Assembly: GCA_965113315.1 (NCBI GenBank)
Contig: OZ220376.1
Reading direction: 5' to 3' (one strand)
DNA length: 64,000 nt
Origin: Podarcis vaucheri
Taxonomy: Eukaryota
Part shown: piece by piece, positions 24,159-36,900 of the stretch
Layout of the letters: each line of letters opens with the position of its first letter
Numbering within the stretch: position 1 is the first letter of the stretch
The notes under the pieces: generated by a model
Told to the model about the DNA's origin: nothing
The model's input: only the letters and a program-made list of their open reading frames with translations
The model's database searches: none
Position numbers and translations under genes: made by a program

Positions 24159-26394
24159 ATTCAAGCCTTATCTCAGCATTGCTGTGAGGCTTATGACAGA
24201 ATTCACAGCCTGCAGACAATGATCAGAAACAGCCATTGTCCCTATGATTTAATGTAGAAAGAGACTCTATCTGCTGTATAGAAAGCCTACTCTGGTTTGA
24301 ACTCCAAAGATAAAACATCAATAAAACTGTGGCTTAAATAAATGAAACTACTCTTTAGAATATTATAATTCTGATGGCTTGTTCACATATGAATTATTTT
24401 ATTTAATCTTAAAACCTTCTCAGCTCCATGGTAGCTGCTCATTATTGTTTCACAATTAATGATTAGATGCTGACCCTACATTTTCAGAATTGTCTGTTTT
24501 TCACCTCAGTTGTGAATTCAGAATCTGAATTTGATATTCTAGTGGATGCTTTCTCCATTGTTGAATTCAAAAGTAATTTCATATACCCAGACACTCAACC
24601 TCCCCCCCCCCGGAAGTCTCACATTTAAACCCAATTCCAAATTTTATGTTGGTCTATGATTTTAATATGTTCATTAAATTTTTTTGGTTCTAATACATTA
24701 ATTTTATGGTGAGATTTGGTATTTCGTATTTTCCCTACAACAGTATAACATAATTCTATACTAAAAACATATGATGGCTAATTCATTATAAAGTGACAGA
24801 AGTTTATATTAATTTTATATTTAAAAGCTTTTATTGTCCTTAATTCTGGTGATTATACAACACAACAGTGTTGGCTTTACGTACAAGTAGTTATCAATTA
24901 TTCAGTCATGAGAAAAATGACTGAGGTCCAAATGTCCTATTAATTCATTTCAGTCTAGAAAATTTCTTATAATTGGCTTGGCAAGAAGAATGAGTGAGAT
25001 TAGTTGCTAATGAGAAGATAAGTATAGTAATTTCTGCATGATGTAAAACTCTGATTGTCAGTAGGTAGTAATAGGGATTCAGATTATTTTTCATGGGATC
25101 TTGCTTCTTTGTGAGAGATCATTAACATTTTCTGATATTGTAAATTGAGTTATTTCACACCTGTACTTTTTTCACTAGGCATTAACCCTCCAGCCACAGA
25201 TACTGATAAGTTTTGCTAATTAGGGAGTCATTAATGCAGTTAGGGAGATGAGCAATCAATTATGACTCGTTCTAATAATCTAAACAAAAACTTAATTGCA
25301 TAAATTCATCATGTTCTTTGAATCTTTATCAATGTAGCAAAAATGCCCATGCAATTGTGAGCAGCAAATCTTTATCATGTGACAGTACCAATAGTTTTGT
25401 AAAGTGATGGTTTCAGTGACTGTTGAAATTCAATGGTTTTAATAAAAAAGATGCCACTTTTATCCTGTTTTCACGCCAACAATATAGTAGTAGTAGTAGT
25501 AGTAGTAAACAAATGAACCATTTTGTTGCATGTCCTTTGTCCTAGCAAGAATGTTTCCATTCAGTTTTATAGGCAGTCAAACCACGCTGTGCTCCACAAA
25601 GTCTTCCCACCCCCCCCCCACCCCACAGTTTTCCAATTTTCTTTTTCCCAAGATGACACATACTCAATTGAAACAACATGGCTTATTACCTTTTAACATG
25701 GTTGTTGCTGAACTTTCCTCTGTTTTCTGTGCCATAAAAGGTTATCTTTTTGTAGAACTCTATCCAGGTGTTAACTGTTTTGCTCCAGAACACTGACACC
25801 AATTTTACAGTAATTGACTTTAATCTCAGAAAGTTCAGTTGTCTCTATATGGACTTTTCCATCAACTTCTTTTTTAATGTTAACATATGAAGTTACAAAC
25901 AATTGAAAAGCCCTTCTAAGAAGACAAACCAAATTAGGACTATTAAACCTGACAAAAATGCAATGCATCATCTTGTGGAGCAGACTGTATGACAGAAATT
26001 GAAGGTAGCTCTGCTTGCCTCCAGAAGCTTATTTATTTGTGACAAATGCAGTCTCAGGCAGAAGTGGAAGTATAAGTCAAGTGAAGTATCGGAAGACAAA
26101 GAATATTTTATTAAATATATACTGTAGATAAATAGAAAATAGAAAAAGTACAGAAGAATAAAGAACATTGTGTTTAGCAGTGCAATCTTAAGCTCACTAA
26201 GGAGAAAGACCTCATTGAGCTCATGTGATCTATATCTGGGTAAATAGGGAAACTACCAGGGAAATTCCTACTCACAGTGAAATGCGCTAGCTAATCATAA
26301 TATAAATTTCAGTTATTAATTTCCTCCCATGAAGCTACTCAAATACGAAAGCCATTACATATATAAAAAACAATTTTAAATCCAATACAGATAC

Positions 26395-26635
26395 TGACAA
26401 GGATAAGACTTATTGAAAGAGCAAAGTCTTCAACACTAAAGAGACGATAGAGATTGTGCTTGCCTGATATGTAATGGCAGGGAATTGCAAAAACTAGGTG
26501 CCACCACACCAAAGGTCCATTTCTGACACCCTGCAGAACTGACCTCCTATTAAGATGATATCTGCAGGATGCTCACTCCTGCAGAACACAGGGAACAATT
26601 GCATATAGAATGGCTGAGACTATCTTTAAGGTCTT
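26395..26635 (-). mobile_element. L2 LINE 3' ORF2 fragment
   Basis: aaagtcttca..gcctgatatgtaatggcagggaattgcaaaaactaggtgccaccacaccaaaggtcc is the reverse complement of the L2 (FSVxAPxLWNSLP) region. Confidence 0.6.
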
Positions 26636-27201
26636 CTCATTTTCTAGTTAAAAACCACTCCATTTAGTGACTAGTTGGATGTTTGAAATGGAACACTAAT
26701 ATTCTGTATGTCTGTTCAGACTTATTGAATGGAATGGGCCTTATTCCCAGGGGACTGTGTGTAGGGTTGCTTCCTGCACACTGCTTAACTATGTGGTGCG
26801 TTTCTGGGTATCTTAAGAAGGGGTAGTGGTGACCATGTTATGGAGTGACATCTGGGGATTTATGTGTGAATTAAGACCACATATTCAAAACAGTATTAGG
26901 CCTGTAATTATTCGTAAATAGATTCTCAGGTAGCTTGTGTAGTTCCCTAATGATACATGACTTGTATCATTTGTCATGGGAAACAGCCAGAGGAGCCTGA
27001 GCGAGCCATCAGAGGAATGTCAGAAGACTGCTGCTGCATCCAGGCGAGGGCCCTGCATTAGTCACCTCATGGGTGCAAAAGTCTGAGGTCCTAATTGCTC
27101 TCCCATTGTAAATCCAGAAAGAAAAATCTGCATCTAAATAACACATACTTTATCGGCCTTGAGAATCTCCAATGATTATATTTATTAACTTTGCCTTCTA
27201 T

Positions 27202-27233
<32 letters not shown>

Positions 27234-28914
27234 GCACCTAGGTTCCTCAAACCTTTATTAAATATATCCTGTTATTGCAACTGGTACATACAATCAGCAG
27301 AATTAGTGGGTAATGAGGTGGCATTGCACATTGCACCACTTGAGATTGCAGGACAATTTGCATTTCTAATGTCCCTTCGTACTGTGAAAGTATGCATCTG
27401 TACTGGAACTATTTTTCAACTATTTTATCTATGGGATTGATTGTAATTGTTTTATATATGAAACTGTTTTAATTGGTTTTACATTTTTCTTGTTTCATGG
27501 TTATAACTGCTTTTATTTGTTTTATAACTGTATATTTTGCTGCTGTAACCTGCCCCGGGACTTTTTGAGTAAAAAAGGGTGTGTGTGTGGGAGGGGGGAA
27601 TCATAACAAACAAATAATTAAATAACTTTTTAAAAGACCCCAACAAAACTTGCCCATAAGTAGAAAAACTGTCTGTAGGTGTAGGCTATCCCTTTTCCTT
27701 TCTCCCTGCAGTAGCAGCTTTCTATATGCCAGAACAAATATTCAAAAAAATGCAAATTTCCAAGGAGTCTGAACTGTCACAGGGTAGAGCAGGGCTGGGG
27801 CTTCATTCCTTTTGGCAACTATCATAGGCCAATGTGCCAGGGATAGGCAGGGCCAGAGGCAAAAGTGAGAGAAGTAATGAATGCACATTTTACTTTTGTA
27901 TACTCACCATTGGTATAATTAGAAAGCATTACGGCCCTTGAATGAAATTACAAAATGATTTCAACTGAAGATCACAATGCAGTTTGCTTTTATCCATCAA
28001 GAATAAGTAGAAAGTGGCACACAATCTATGTGTAATTTCTCTTACACGGCAGAAATGTAAACATTTGGAAAGAAGTACCCATAGTACTGCTGCCTTGGCT
28101 GTGTGAAGATTTTATGGGAATGGGATGAGCAGATTTGCGGGGTCAATATGTTCAGTTCTGTTGATGAATTCAGGCAATGAAAAGCTGCATTAGAATAATG
28201 CAACTGGGAAGTTCAAATGGGATCTCTAACTAATAAGCACAACCAGCAACTTGTCACACTTATTTGCTGACTGGTGATGTTTATATAAAGGGACATCTGG
28301 AGTTTACTAATTAAACTGCTTATAAGTGATAAGTAATAATGATTAATTATCACCTTGACAATCAAAATCATCATCCTTTAGAAACTTTTGTTTACAAATG
28401 CAGAGTGCATATATGAAAGCTGTCACCTTGTTAATAATTGAGCTATTTTCCCAGATTTAAAACAGCACCAATAATTTCTGAGAAACAGACCAGTGTTTTT
28501 CTCCTCTCAAAGGGGGAATCAGATATCTGGTTCCTGCTTGCTTTGTGACAAAACAATAAAAGAGGTAATGGCTCACAGTTGTGGAAACCTTTTCACCCTG
28601 AGGGTCACATTCCCTCATGAACAACCTTCTGGGGGCCAGATGCAAAAGCTGGTGTAACAATGTAGGTGACAGAAATCTGCACATAGCAAAGGTTTCTATA
28701 CAAACACATATAACTCCATCTCCCAACACATGGCCTTTCCCCAATATCAAACTTCGCACTCTAATCCTATTCCTCCTTTGACCGGTATCTCCAAGAAGTC
28801 TCAATGGGGCTCATTACACCCTTAATGTCTAGTCAGTATGGGTATTAATAGTTATATTTCTCAAGAATCTATATTAGCCTATATGCAGGAATACAGATAT
28901 AATCTACATACAGT

Positions 28915-29187
28915 GGCCTTGTTTGCATGCCATGGTAAACCAAACTGTAGCTTATCAGGCCCCTGGGAATGTGCTGGCTCCTTTTCCCAGTCCTTTTAGC
29001 ACAGAACATGGCACACCATAAGGTAAATTATAGGACAAACCAGATCATGGTTAAGGAGGAGAGTGTCACCATGTGCCAAAAATCCAAGGAAGGAGCAAAG
29101 GTGGTATGAGCTCCTCTCTGAGAGTCAGCATGTTTGTGTGGTCTCAGTAAGCCATAATTTGGCTTACTGTGGCATGCAAGCCAGGCC
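28915..29187. mobile_element. PIF/Harbinger-type MITE
   Basis: ~40-bp TIRs at ~32/40 identity (ggccttgtttgcatgccatggtaaaccaaactgtagctta / taagccataatttggcttactgtggcatgcaagccaggcc) and 3-bp TSD agt. Confidence 0.75.
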
Positions 29188-30090
29188 AGTGAGAATGGGA
29201 AGCTTTCCACAGCTACTAACAGCTGAAGGAGGAATCATTTTGCCCCAGTCTTTCAGCTTTTGTCTGTCTACTCTCCTTGGTATTACTGCATTATCTGTCT
29301 TGTTGGGATTAATTTGATTGCTTAAAAACAAGGCAGCATTTTTTCCTTCACAAAGTGATGGGAAAAATTCATAGAACGAAAAAAGGGAAAGTTAATATAT
29401 CCTATTTTTGTAGGATTATGAAGTTATGAAAGCACATTGTCCATAATGCAAAAATCACTATGAATCAAATTTTGTAGTCTGTGTGTTTAGTCTCTCAACC
29501 ATTTGATCCAGCAATGGTTGAAAGCTATACATGTTTGTGGCTACAGAAATTTATTCCTGGAAATTTCATGGCACTGACTGTTTCAAGATCTATGTAAGAA
29601 AGAAGTAGGCAAAGTTAAGTGAACTTGATTTGACTTTACATGCATGCTGAGAGGGGAAGTAGTGGAGCAGACATATGCTAAACCTTTTTTACATGGATCC
29701 CAGGGGCAGGAGAATATAACAAAAGCTAGCCTCCAGACTGGTAAGGCCTACCCATGCCCCTTCTCAGCTTCTTGAGTTCCCCTCAGCAACACATCCATGT
29801 CCCTCAGCAGCCATTTAAATTTCATTGAGTTCAATAGGAAAGTGGGCATAGAATTGCAGCCTAAACTGCTGCTGGTGGGAATGTTGAGTGCTGAAATACC
29901 AAGAGAGCAATGAGGTCTTCCTGCCAGTGTTTCTGATACTGGAATATGAACCATTTTGCTACCATGTAAGCCTGGGTTCCATTTCCTCTGACATTCAAAA
30001 ATGCATATAGTGCAGCAGTACTTAAACACTAGCAAACTGATAAATCTCTGAATGGTTAGTACCAAACTGTTCTTATATTAATTCATTCTG

Positions 30091-31562
30091 GAGCAATCCA
30101 AACCAATTACAGATACAATATGGAAGAGCAAGCTGCCACTGTTCTCAAGAAAGAAGTATTTTCTAAAGCAGGAAGGTTCATGTCACAAAAGTGAATAATG
30201 GTCATGCTTTTTTCTCCAGATTGTACATAGTACAGTGATCCTGAGATGGCTGAATACATGTTCAGGCATGAGAACCAGCCAATGCCTCCACTGTTTGCAA
30301 ACTCTAGTGAACTCTGGTAGCAAAGCAGGCCATCTCTTGCAGCTCAATACACTAGCAGATGAAGCCTTTGTTTTATCACTTGTCTGCTGCCCTGAGCTTG
30401 TTTGGGAGGAAGAGTATACTATTAATTAAATCAATCAATATAGTTTAATAAACAAACAAACCCTGAAATTGTCTTTAGTGGTCCCAGATAGAGGTGTAAT
30501 AGATTGAATGATGTCATTGGGAACTTCACAAGCATTTCAAGAATACACTGACAGTTTCCCTGCCCTATATTTTGCAATGCCTAGAGTATGTGGACAAACT
30601 AGACATAGTGTGGGATGCCTACATCTAAGGTAGGCAGCAAGCAGAAAGAAAAGAAAAGAGGCAAAAGTGTGAGGTGCCTCCTTTGCTTTGATAAAGATAA
30701 AACTGATCTGTTACATCTGTTGACAGAAAACGTTAATTTTTTTAAAAAGGCAAAGAAGTGTACAACACCTTGGAGTTTCAAGTACCATGGTCACCAGGCA
30801 AACAGTACAACAATTGCATTGAACCATGCTTTCATGAGGAAGCTGACGCAAATATGATGTTGCATGCATCAGGTGCACCACATACCAGTCAGCAAATGTT
30901 CAGGAAAGCAGAGGTAGCTGGATTTTATCATCATTGTGTTCAGCTTGTAACACATTTCAGTCACTTTGGTGTGGGCAAACACCACCAGCGCATGAAATTT
31001 CAGTCAGTTTGAACCCAAGGTAAACAAATATGTTATCTATGTTAATATTCCCCAGGTACAATATGATGTCTTCCTTTGCTGAGAAAGCCAAAAAGCTAGT
31101 TTGTGACATATGGAACATATTTCCAGATGTCTCAAACATTTCTAGCAGTAGCCCTGACAAAACCATGGTACTACTTTTAAAAGGTTTTTTGTAGTTCTGC
31201 ATGGTAGAACCAGTTGATTGTGTGAAGTCAATCAGGCAGGGAAGCCTCTGTTTTCAAGAAGGTCATGATACCTAGAGAATATTCTCTGCCAACACAGGCA
31301 TCTGTCACATACCACAAAAATGGAAAGTATGTATGGAGGAAAGATTTCAAAGAGATCCAAGGTAACCAAGTCCTGCAAATTGAAGGTGGGGAAGGAAAGG
31401 TGGAATCAAGGGCAACCAAAATGGATAAATCTTGGCCAATCTCAGGAGAAGTGCTATGAACTGATACATTAACTTGCATGTAGAGGCCCATGCAAATGCT
31501 GCAAGGCCAGCCTTAATTGCACTGCTCTTTGGCACTGTGAAGGAAACTGTTTTCATAAATAA
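30091..31562 (+). mobile_element. Fossil AcademX-type DNA transposon protein (C-terminal half: XPG/PIN-like nuclease + Cys-rich finger), pseudogenised
   Basis: Colinear motifs across frameshifts: KPITDTIWKSKLPLFS; FFSRLYI; FRHENQPMPP; GTSQAFQEY..LPYILQCLEYVDKLDIVWDAY..KRGKSVR; DKDKTDLLHLL; PCFHEEADANMMLHA; FGVGKH..PAHEI; SSFAEKAKK..IWNIFPDV; RFFVVLHGRTS..VNQAGKPLFS..LENI/LPTQ; PSPAN*RW; CYELIH*LACRGPCKCCKASLNCTALWHCEGNC, then a stop at 31560-62. Confidence 0.85.
30368..30460 (+). mobile_element. L2/SINE 3' tail inserted within the Academ fossil
   Basis: ctgccctgagcttgtttgggaggaagagtatacta..aataaacaaacaaac interrupts the coding motifs. Confidence 0.6.
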
Positions 31563-33286
31563 TTTGTCTTGAATAATAGGGGAAATACTTTGCAGAGTGA
31601 ATGTATGACATAAACAGAACAAGTTTCTAGGTTTCCAATTGATTTGTGAAATATATACATTACCATGACTACATTCAGTCTCATAATACAATATCAATTT
31701 GCATGCGCGAACTGTAGAGAAATTTTAATCAGATTGTGTTGCTTTTAATCCCATTGCTTCCTGTCTGTCATAGATAATATGTGTGGAGTGCAAGGTGTCA
31801 GCCAGAGGAGGGACTCAGAAACAGTACAGGACCCAGCAGCACAAGATAGGAGAAAAGGGCTGTGGTGCACTCAACCACAAGGGAGCAAAGAAGCTACAAA
31901 GTGATTGAAGAAGCCAGGATGAAGGGTGGAGCTAGTAGGTAGGAAAAGCGAAAAGAGGGAGCAGGGGGAAGATGAAGGAGAGAGGGCAGATGCCCAGAGA
32001 GAGCAGGAGGCTCAGAGAGGAGTGGTACAAATGGCAATACAGTGCTGATGCTGCCACCAGTTGGGCTTAGCAGGTATTGATGATTGGGAACGAAGGCTAA
32101 AGCAGCAGCAGTAGCCTGGAATGGTGAGGTCAACTAAATCAAAAGCAACACATCCAGCTCACATAGCCAAGCATCTTAAGGGAAGGTATTTTGTAAGAGA
32201 CTAAAGAGAACAGATAAAATCAAACTGGCTGCATTGTTGGTGTTTTTGTTGTTGTTGTTGTTTTGTCAAGTGGAAACAGTCCTCCATATCATGTTGGAAG
32301 CCCAACCAGACTTTTTCCTGTGCTCTTCACTATGGAACTCTGCTGATCTGGAACCCTATGACAGAGAGCCATCTCTGGAAAGCCCAAGTGCTGTGACACC
32401 GTGCTTCCCAAATGATGAAACAGCTGTTTGAAGTTCTTCTCAAAGTGTTATCAGGATCATAAAATGAAACCTTAAGGAAGACAAACTAAAATCAAACAGT
32501 AGTGCTCCATGTACCAAGGGGCTTAATCTTTTTGAGGAAAATGTGACAGTTTACATTTTTGGTGCTTTAAAGGGCTGTAATTCATTCTGTCTTCTGCTGA
32601 AATTAAACAAATGCAGCTAGGCATGTGGCACATATTTTGTGGAAATACTGCACAATGTTTATGGCTCATTGAGAAAGGTTATTTAGTATGAATAAATTCA
32701 AATCTCCATCCTGATTAAACATGACAGCATAAATAAGTTAATTTATAAGAATATAGAACATGCTTGGATCAGCTAATATCTTTATTTGACCAATATCTGC
32801 TGGTGGTGAGGCATGCTTTCTAGAGCATTTGGTCCAGGTTTGTGAGTCTAGAAATGCTTATTGATCCCATAAATGCTCACGTTATTCTATGTTGCTATGT
32901 AGCTATTTTCACAGAAAACCATGAAGGTTCAGCAGTTGATTTCTTGTAATTCAAAGCAATTCTAGTTTTCGCAAATATGTTTTCAATATTAGTGCTAAGC
33001 TTAACCAGTTGTTTACTAGCAAAATAAATCAAATGTGAAAGAAGTAGGTTTTTCTTCCATGGGACCAGCTTTATCACTTATCTGAGCCAAGTGGATAATG
33101 ACTGTGTGCTCCTTGGAGATTATATATCTGTGCTTTGAGATGGAGACAGTGGGATAAGGAAGGTGGGTGCTCTAGGTACAACATTCAAAATTTATGGTTT
33201 GTTAATATGTCACATAAACTGAAGACAATAAACAGTACCCCTTAATTGCAAAAAAGTAAAAGCCTGTCACTGGTTATTACTTAGAC

Positions 33287-33995
33287 CAGGCTTGGGGAAC
33301 CTGTGACTCTCCAGTTGATGTTGACTACAACTTCCATCAGATCCACCCAGCATAGCCAATATTCAGAGATAATGGTAGTTATAGAATAATAGAATTGTAG
33401 AGTTGGAAGGGACCCCATAGGTCATTCCTGCAATGCAGGAATCTCAACTAAAGCTTCCATGACATATGGCCATCCAACATCTGCTTAAAAACTTCCAAGG
33501 AAGGAGAGTCCACAACCCCTGAGAGAGTCTGTTCCACTATCAAACAGCTCTTACCACCAGAAAGTTCTTCCTGAAGTTTAATTGGAATCTCCTTTCTTGT
33601 AACTTGAAGCCATTAGTTCGAGTCCTACCCTACAGAGAGGGAGAAAACAAGCTTGTTTTATCTTCCATGTTACAGACTTAAGATATTTGAAGATTTGATT
33701 TGTCTGCCATTCCTTGTTTTTGAAAAACCCATACTGGGTCTTAGTACTCACAACATCCTTTTCTAAGTTCTCATACTGACCATTTAATGATCTGTTCTAG
33801 GACCTTTTCTGGTACTGACATCAAGCTGACCTTTCAGTAGCTACCTGGATCATCCCCTTCCCCCTTTTTGAAGATTGGGACAACATTTGCCCACCTCCAG
33901 TCTGGAGGGACCTCACCTCTTCTGCAAGAATGCTGAAAGGTTATAGGTAGTCTATACTTAAAAACATATGAAGGACTACAAATACCTCATATCTT
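33287..33995. mobile_element. hAT MITE split by a CR1 insertion (left part 33287-33383, right part ~33946-33995)
   Basis: Left caggcttggggaacctgtgactctccag..gactacaacttccatca and right gtagtc..aaaacatatgaaggactaca resemble the two halves of the intact MITE at 60040-60176. Confidence 0.55.
33384..33945 (-). mobile_element. CR1 LINE, 5'-truncated and internally deleted
   Basis: Minus strand: GEVPPDWRWANVVPIFKKGEGDDPGSY*KVSLMSVPEKVLEQIIK..QYGFFKNKEWQTN joined to IFKYLK..GRTRTNGFKLQERRFQLNFRKNF..WNRL, ending in an attcta-type tail. Confidence 0.9.
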
Positions 33996-36900
33996 ATTTA
34001 GGGTGCAATCCTAATATTGGTTGCTGCCTATCAGGGCAACAACAGTATCCATAGCCCTGCTGAGCCTACCAGCTGGTAGAGGTGGAGGAGGAGACAGATT
34101 GCTGAGCTGATACCATCATATGGTAACAGTGGGGCTGGCTTGAGGTCTGATGAATCCCAGACTGGCTCAGCCCCTCTTTTTTCTAGAATGCCCCATTTGG
34201 GGGCATTTCACCTTATTGTCACCACCAGGGATCCTGTGGGTGTAAGTGGGAGTTCTGCACTGGTGAAGAGGCAAAGGTGTTACTCTGCAGACTGAGGCTG
34301 GAAGTGGATCACCTCTGCCCAATCCAACGCCATCCCTGGCCTGACACAAAAGGGCATTTGGAGGGCTCTGCCAGGTGGAAAATCAGATTCAGGAAATGTT
34401 ATTTTCACTGAAGACTTTTTGAAATTTAGGGGAATTAAACACAGCTTCTTTGGACTAAGCAAATACATTTAAACACAAGAATTAAGACCAGTTGATACAA
34501 GCCTATTGCTGTGACCCCTGATCAGTGGCTGAAGTTGATGGAAGTTGTAATCCAATAACATTTGAAGAGCCAAAATACTGTAGATACACTGTATTTTTTC
34601 CGTGCAGACTATAAATGTTTGTAATTTGCTGTGATTGTGATAAAATTATTCAGAGAGCACAATTTTGTCAGATTAAAATGCAGTCCAATAGCTTTGTGAT
34701 AATACAAATGAATGAAACCTTTCTCTTCTGAATTAGTTAATGAGTGCAATGCCCTCTATATTATATTTTCATACACAAATGTCTGAAGACAATAAAAGCT
34801 CTGTAATTTTCTCCTCCTGCTTTTGTAAAATACATCAGAGTACAAATATCTCTCTCTTTTTGTTCCATGTGAAACACTTTATGCTAATGGAAAAGTTAGT
34901 TTCATTGGGTAATCTATTTTATGTAAATTATATGAAGTGTTCCAGTCAAATGATGTTTGAATATTTGCTAAGTGTTTCTGAAGTAAAATATTTATTGGCA
35001 CTTACACTATTAAACATTGCAGTACTATTAACTACCATATTTCTGGGGTGTGTGGGTGTGTGAAAAGCGACATTCCCTCTTGTTTGTACCAGCTTTGGGG
35101 AGCCAGGAAGTGAAATAATAATATATATACTGCAAAGTTGAATAGCCTAAGCGACAATAAATATTCCTTTAGGGAAAAGTATGTCTTAAAGATTTCAAGC
35201 AAATATCCATGACAAATATTGATGTTTAGAGGTGATGAAAGAAAACTAGATGCTCACAAAATCTTTCTTGAAGGTACCTTTGTTTGTTTTATTGTTGTCA
35301 GTGGCATTAAAGGCACGTCCAACCTGCTTGTACATTATTTCCCCCCACAGTGATGTATGATCTACCGTCCATAATAACTCTCTTTTTATGACTATAGAAA
35401 TCATAGCTGCTTTATGATGAAAGAAATGCCTAATAGTCACTCCTGTTCGAAAGTGGGTTTCTGAAACAGCAGGAGTGAGATGGTTTTTGCAAATTGCAAT
35501 ACAATATTAGATACGGAAGAGTCTGAACTTGTAATGTCTGTCCCCTCCCAGAAATGACATTTAATTATAGTACTAGCTTTCCAGATAGCAGGTACTCAGT
35601 ATGGTGTATTTTAAGATTATGCAATTTGTGGGAAAGGACATAAAAAGGACTTTTTAAGAAGGGGGTAAAATATATGCACTTTGATGAAGAACCTTTAAAA
35701 CATGCACTGGCTGTCAGGGCAACAGCTTTGCTTTGGTGTACCTTATTTTCACATGAAAGTTGTTTTTTTTAAAAAATCATTTGACAAATACTGTCAAACA
35801 TGGTAACCCCATCTAATCCCTTCACTGCACATCTTAATCCCTGATGGAGTGTTCTCAAATAGATGGGCTGTGAGGTTAGGGAGTTTTCAGATGTGATGTC
35901 TCTGCAGTCGTCTCCCACTGACAGATGCAGTGACCTTATCACACAGACAGCTCTATACAGCGTGACAGCTCAGCCATCTGGCTTGTATTGATCATAATTG
36001 ATTTAAGGAAACTGATCCTCCAAAGCTAGATGTTGTTAAACCCCACAGCAAAACTTGACATACTTTTTATTTGGAGATTTGGACCCTTAGGGTTCTCTAC
36101 TCCAAACCCTTTGTTTTGTCCAGTTCAGTGGCTTAATTCTTCCATGCATATCATCCCAACTCCGCTAAAACTTTATTATATTAATAGAATGTATCATACA
36201 TTCTGGGATAAATAGAAAATGATATAACTTATACATTTCAGCTTTGTTTGATCTTTAATTAAAACTGAAATGAATTGTAAAAATGGCTGGTTAAAATTAC
36301 TTTGTTTTTCTACAAGGATAGTTAAAGGTTTTAGGTTACTCTTCTTTTGAAAGAAGGGAGGAGGTATTCCCTCCTGCAAAATCAACTAAATTGCACTGCC
36401 TCCCTTCTGTTGGTAAGAATAGAGTCTTACAGAACTTGTCTGTGCATCTGTGGTTGATAGAGAGAAGTAGTCACCTGACACCACAATTTTACTGGGTGAC
36501 CCATTTTCCTTTGCTCACGTGATTTGAAATCAAACCATGTGGGCAAAAGAACAAGTGGTTGCAACTGCTGCCATGATCATTACCAAAAGTAAATGATGTG
36601 CTGCCACCATTAATCAGTTGATCCATCACGCCTGCAAATTCCACTTATGGCCAGGATACATCTTTATCTGTCCCAGATAAAGGGTATGGAAGGTGAGCAT
36701 GGCATGGCCAACCAGTCTTGCAGGTCAAATGGGGAACCCTGAGTGGCCAGATTGGACCCACAGGCCAGGGGGTCCCTCACCATGGCAAGATCTACTGACT
36801 TATTTTGGCAGCCTTCTTGGTATTCTGATTCCCCCCCCCCAATATTAGAATTAGAATTGTTTTCTGTCTTAACAGTATTTTGTCTAAGCAACAATTGGTG

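Noticed and set aside
24181-24240. Two adjacent 7-bp-stem hairpins
   Set aside because: Short stems, long loops and no snoRNA/tRNA boxes; compatible with chance.
31796-32398. TGTCA...TGACA purine-rich segment as a solo LTR
   Set aside because: No matching TSD at either candidate end; too uncertain to list.
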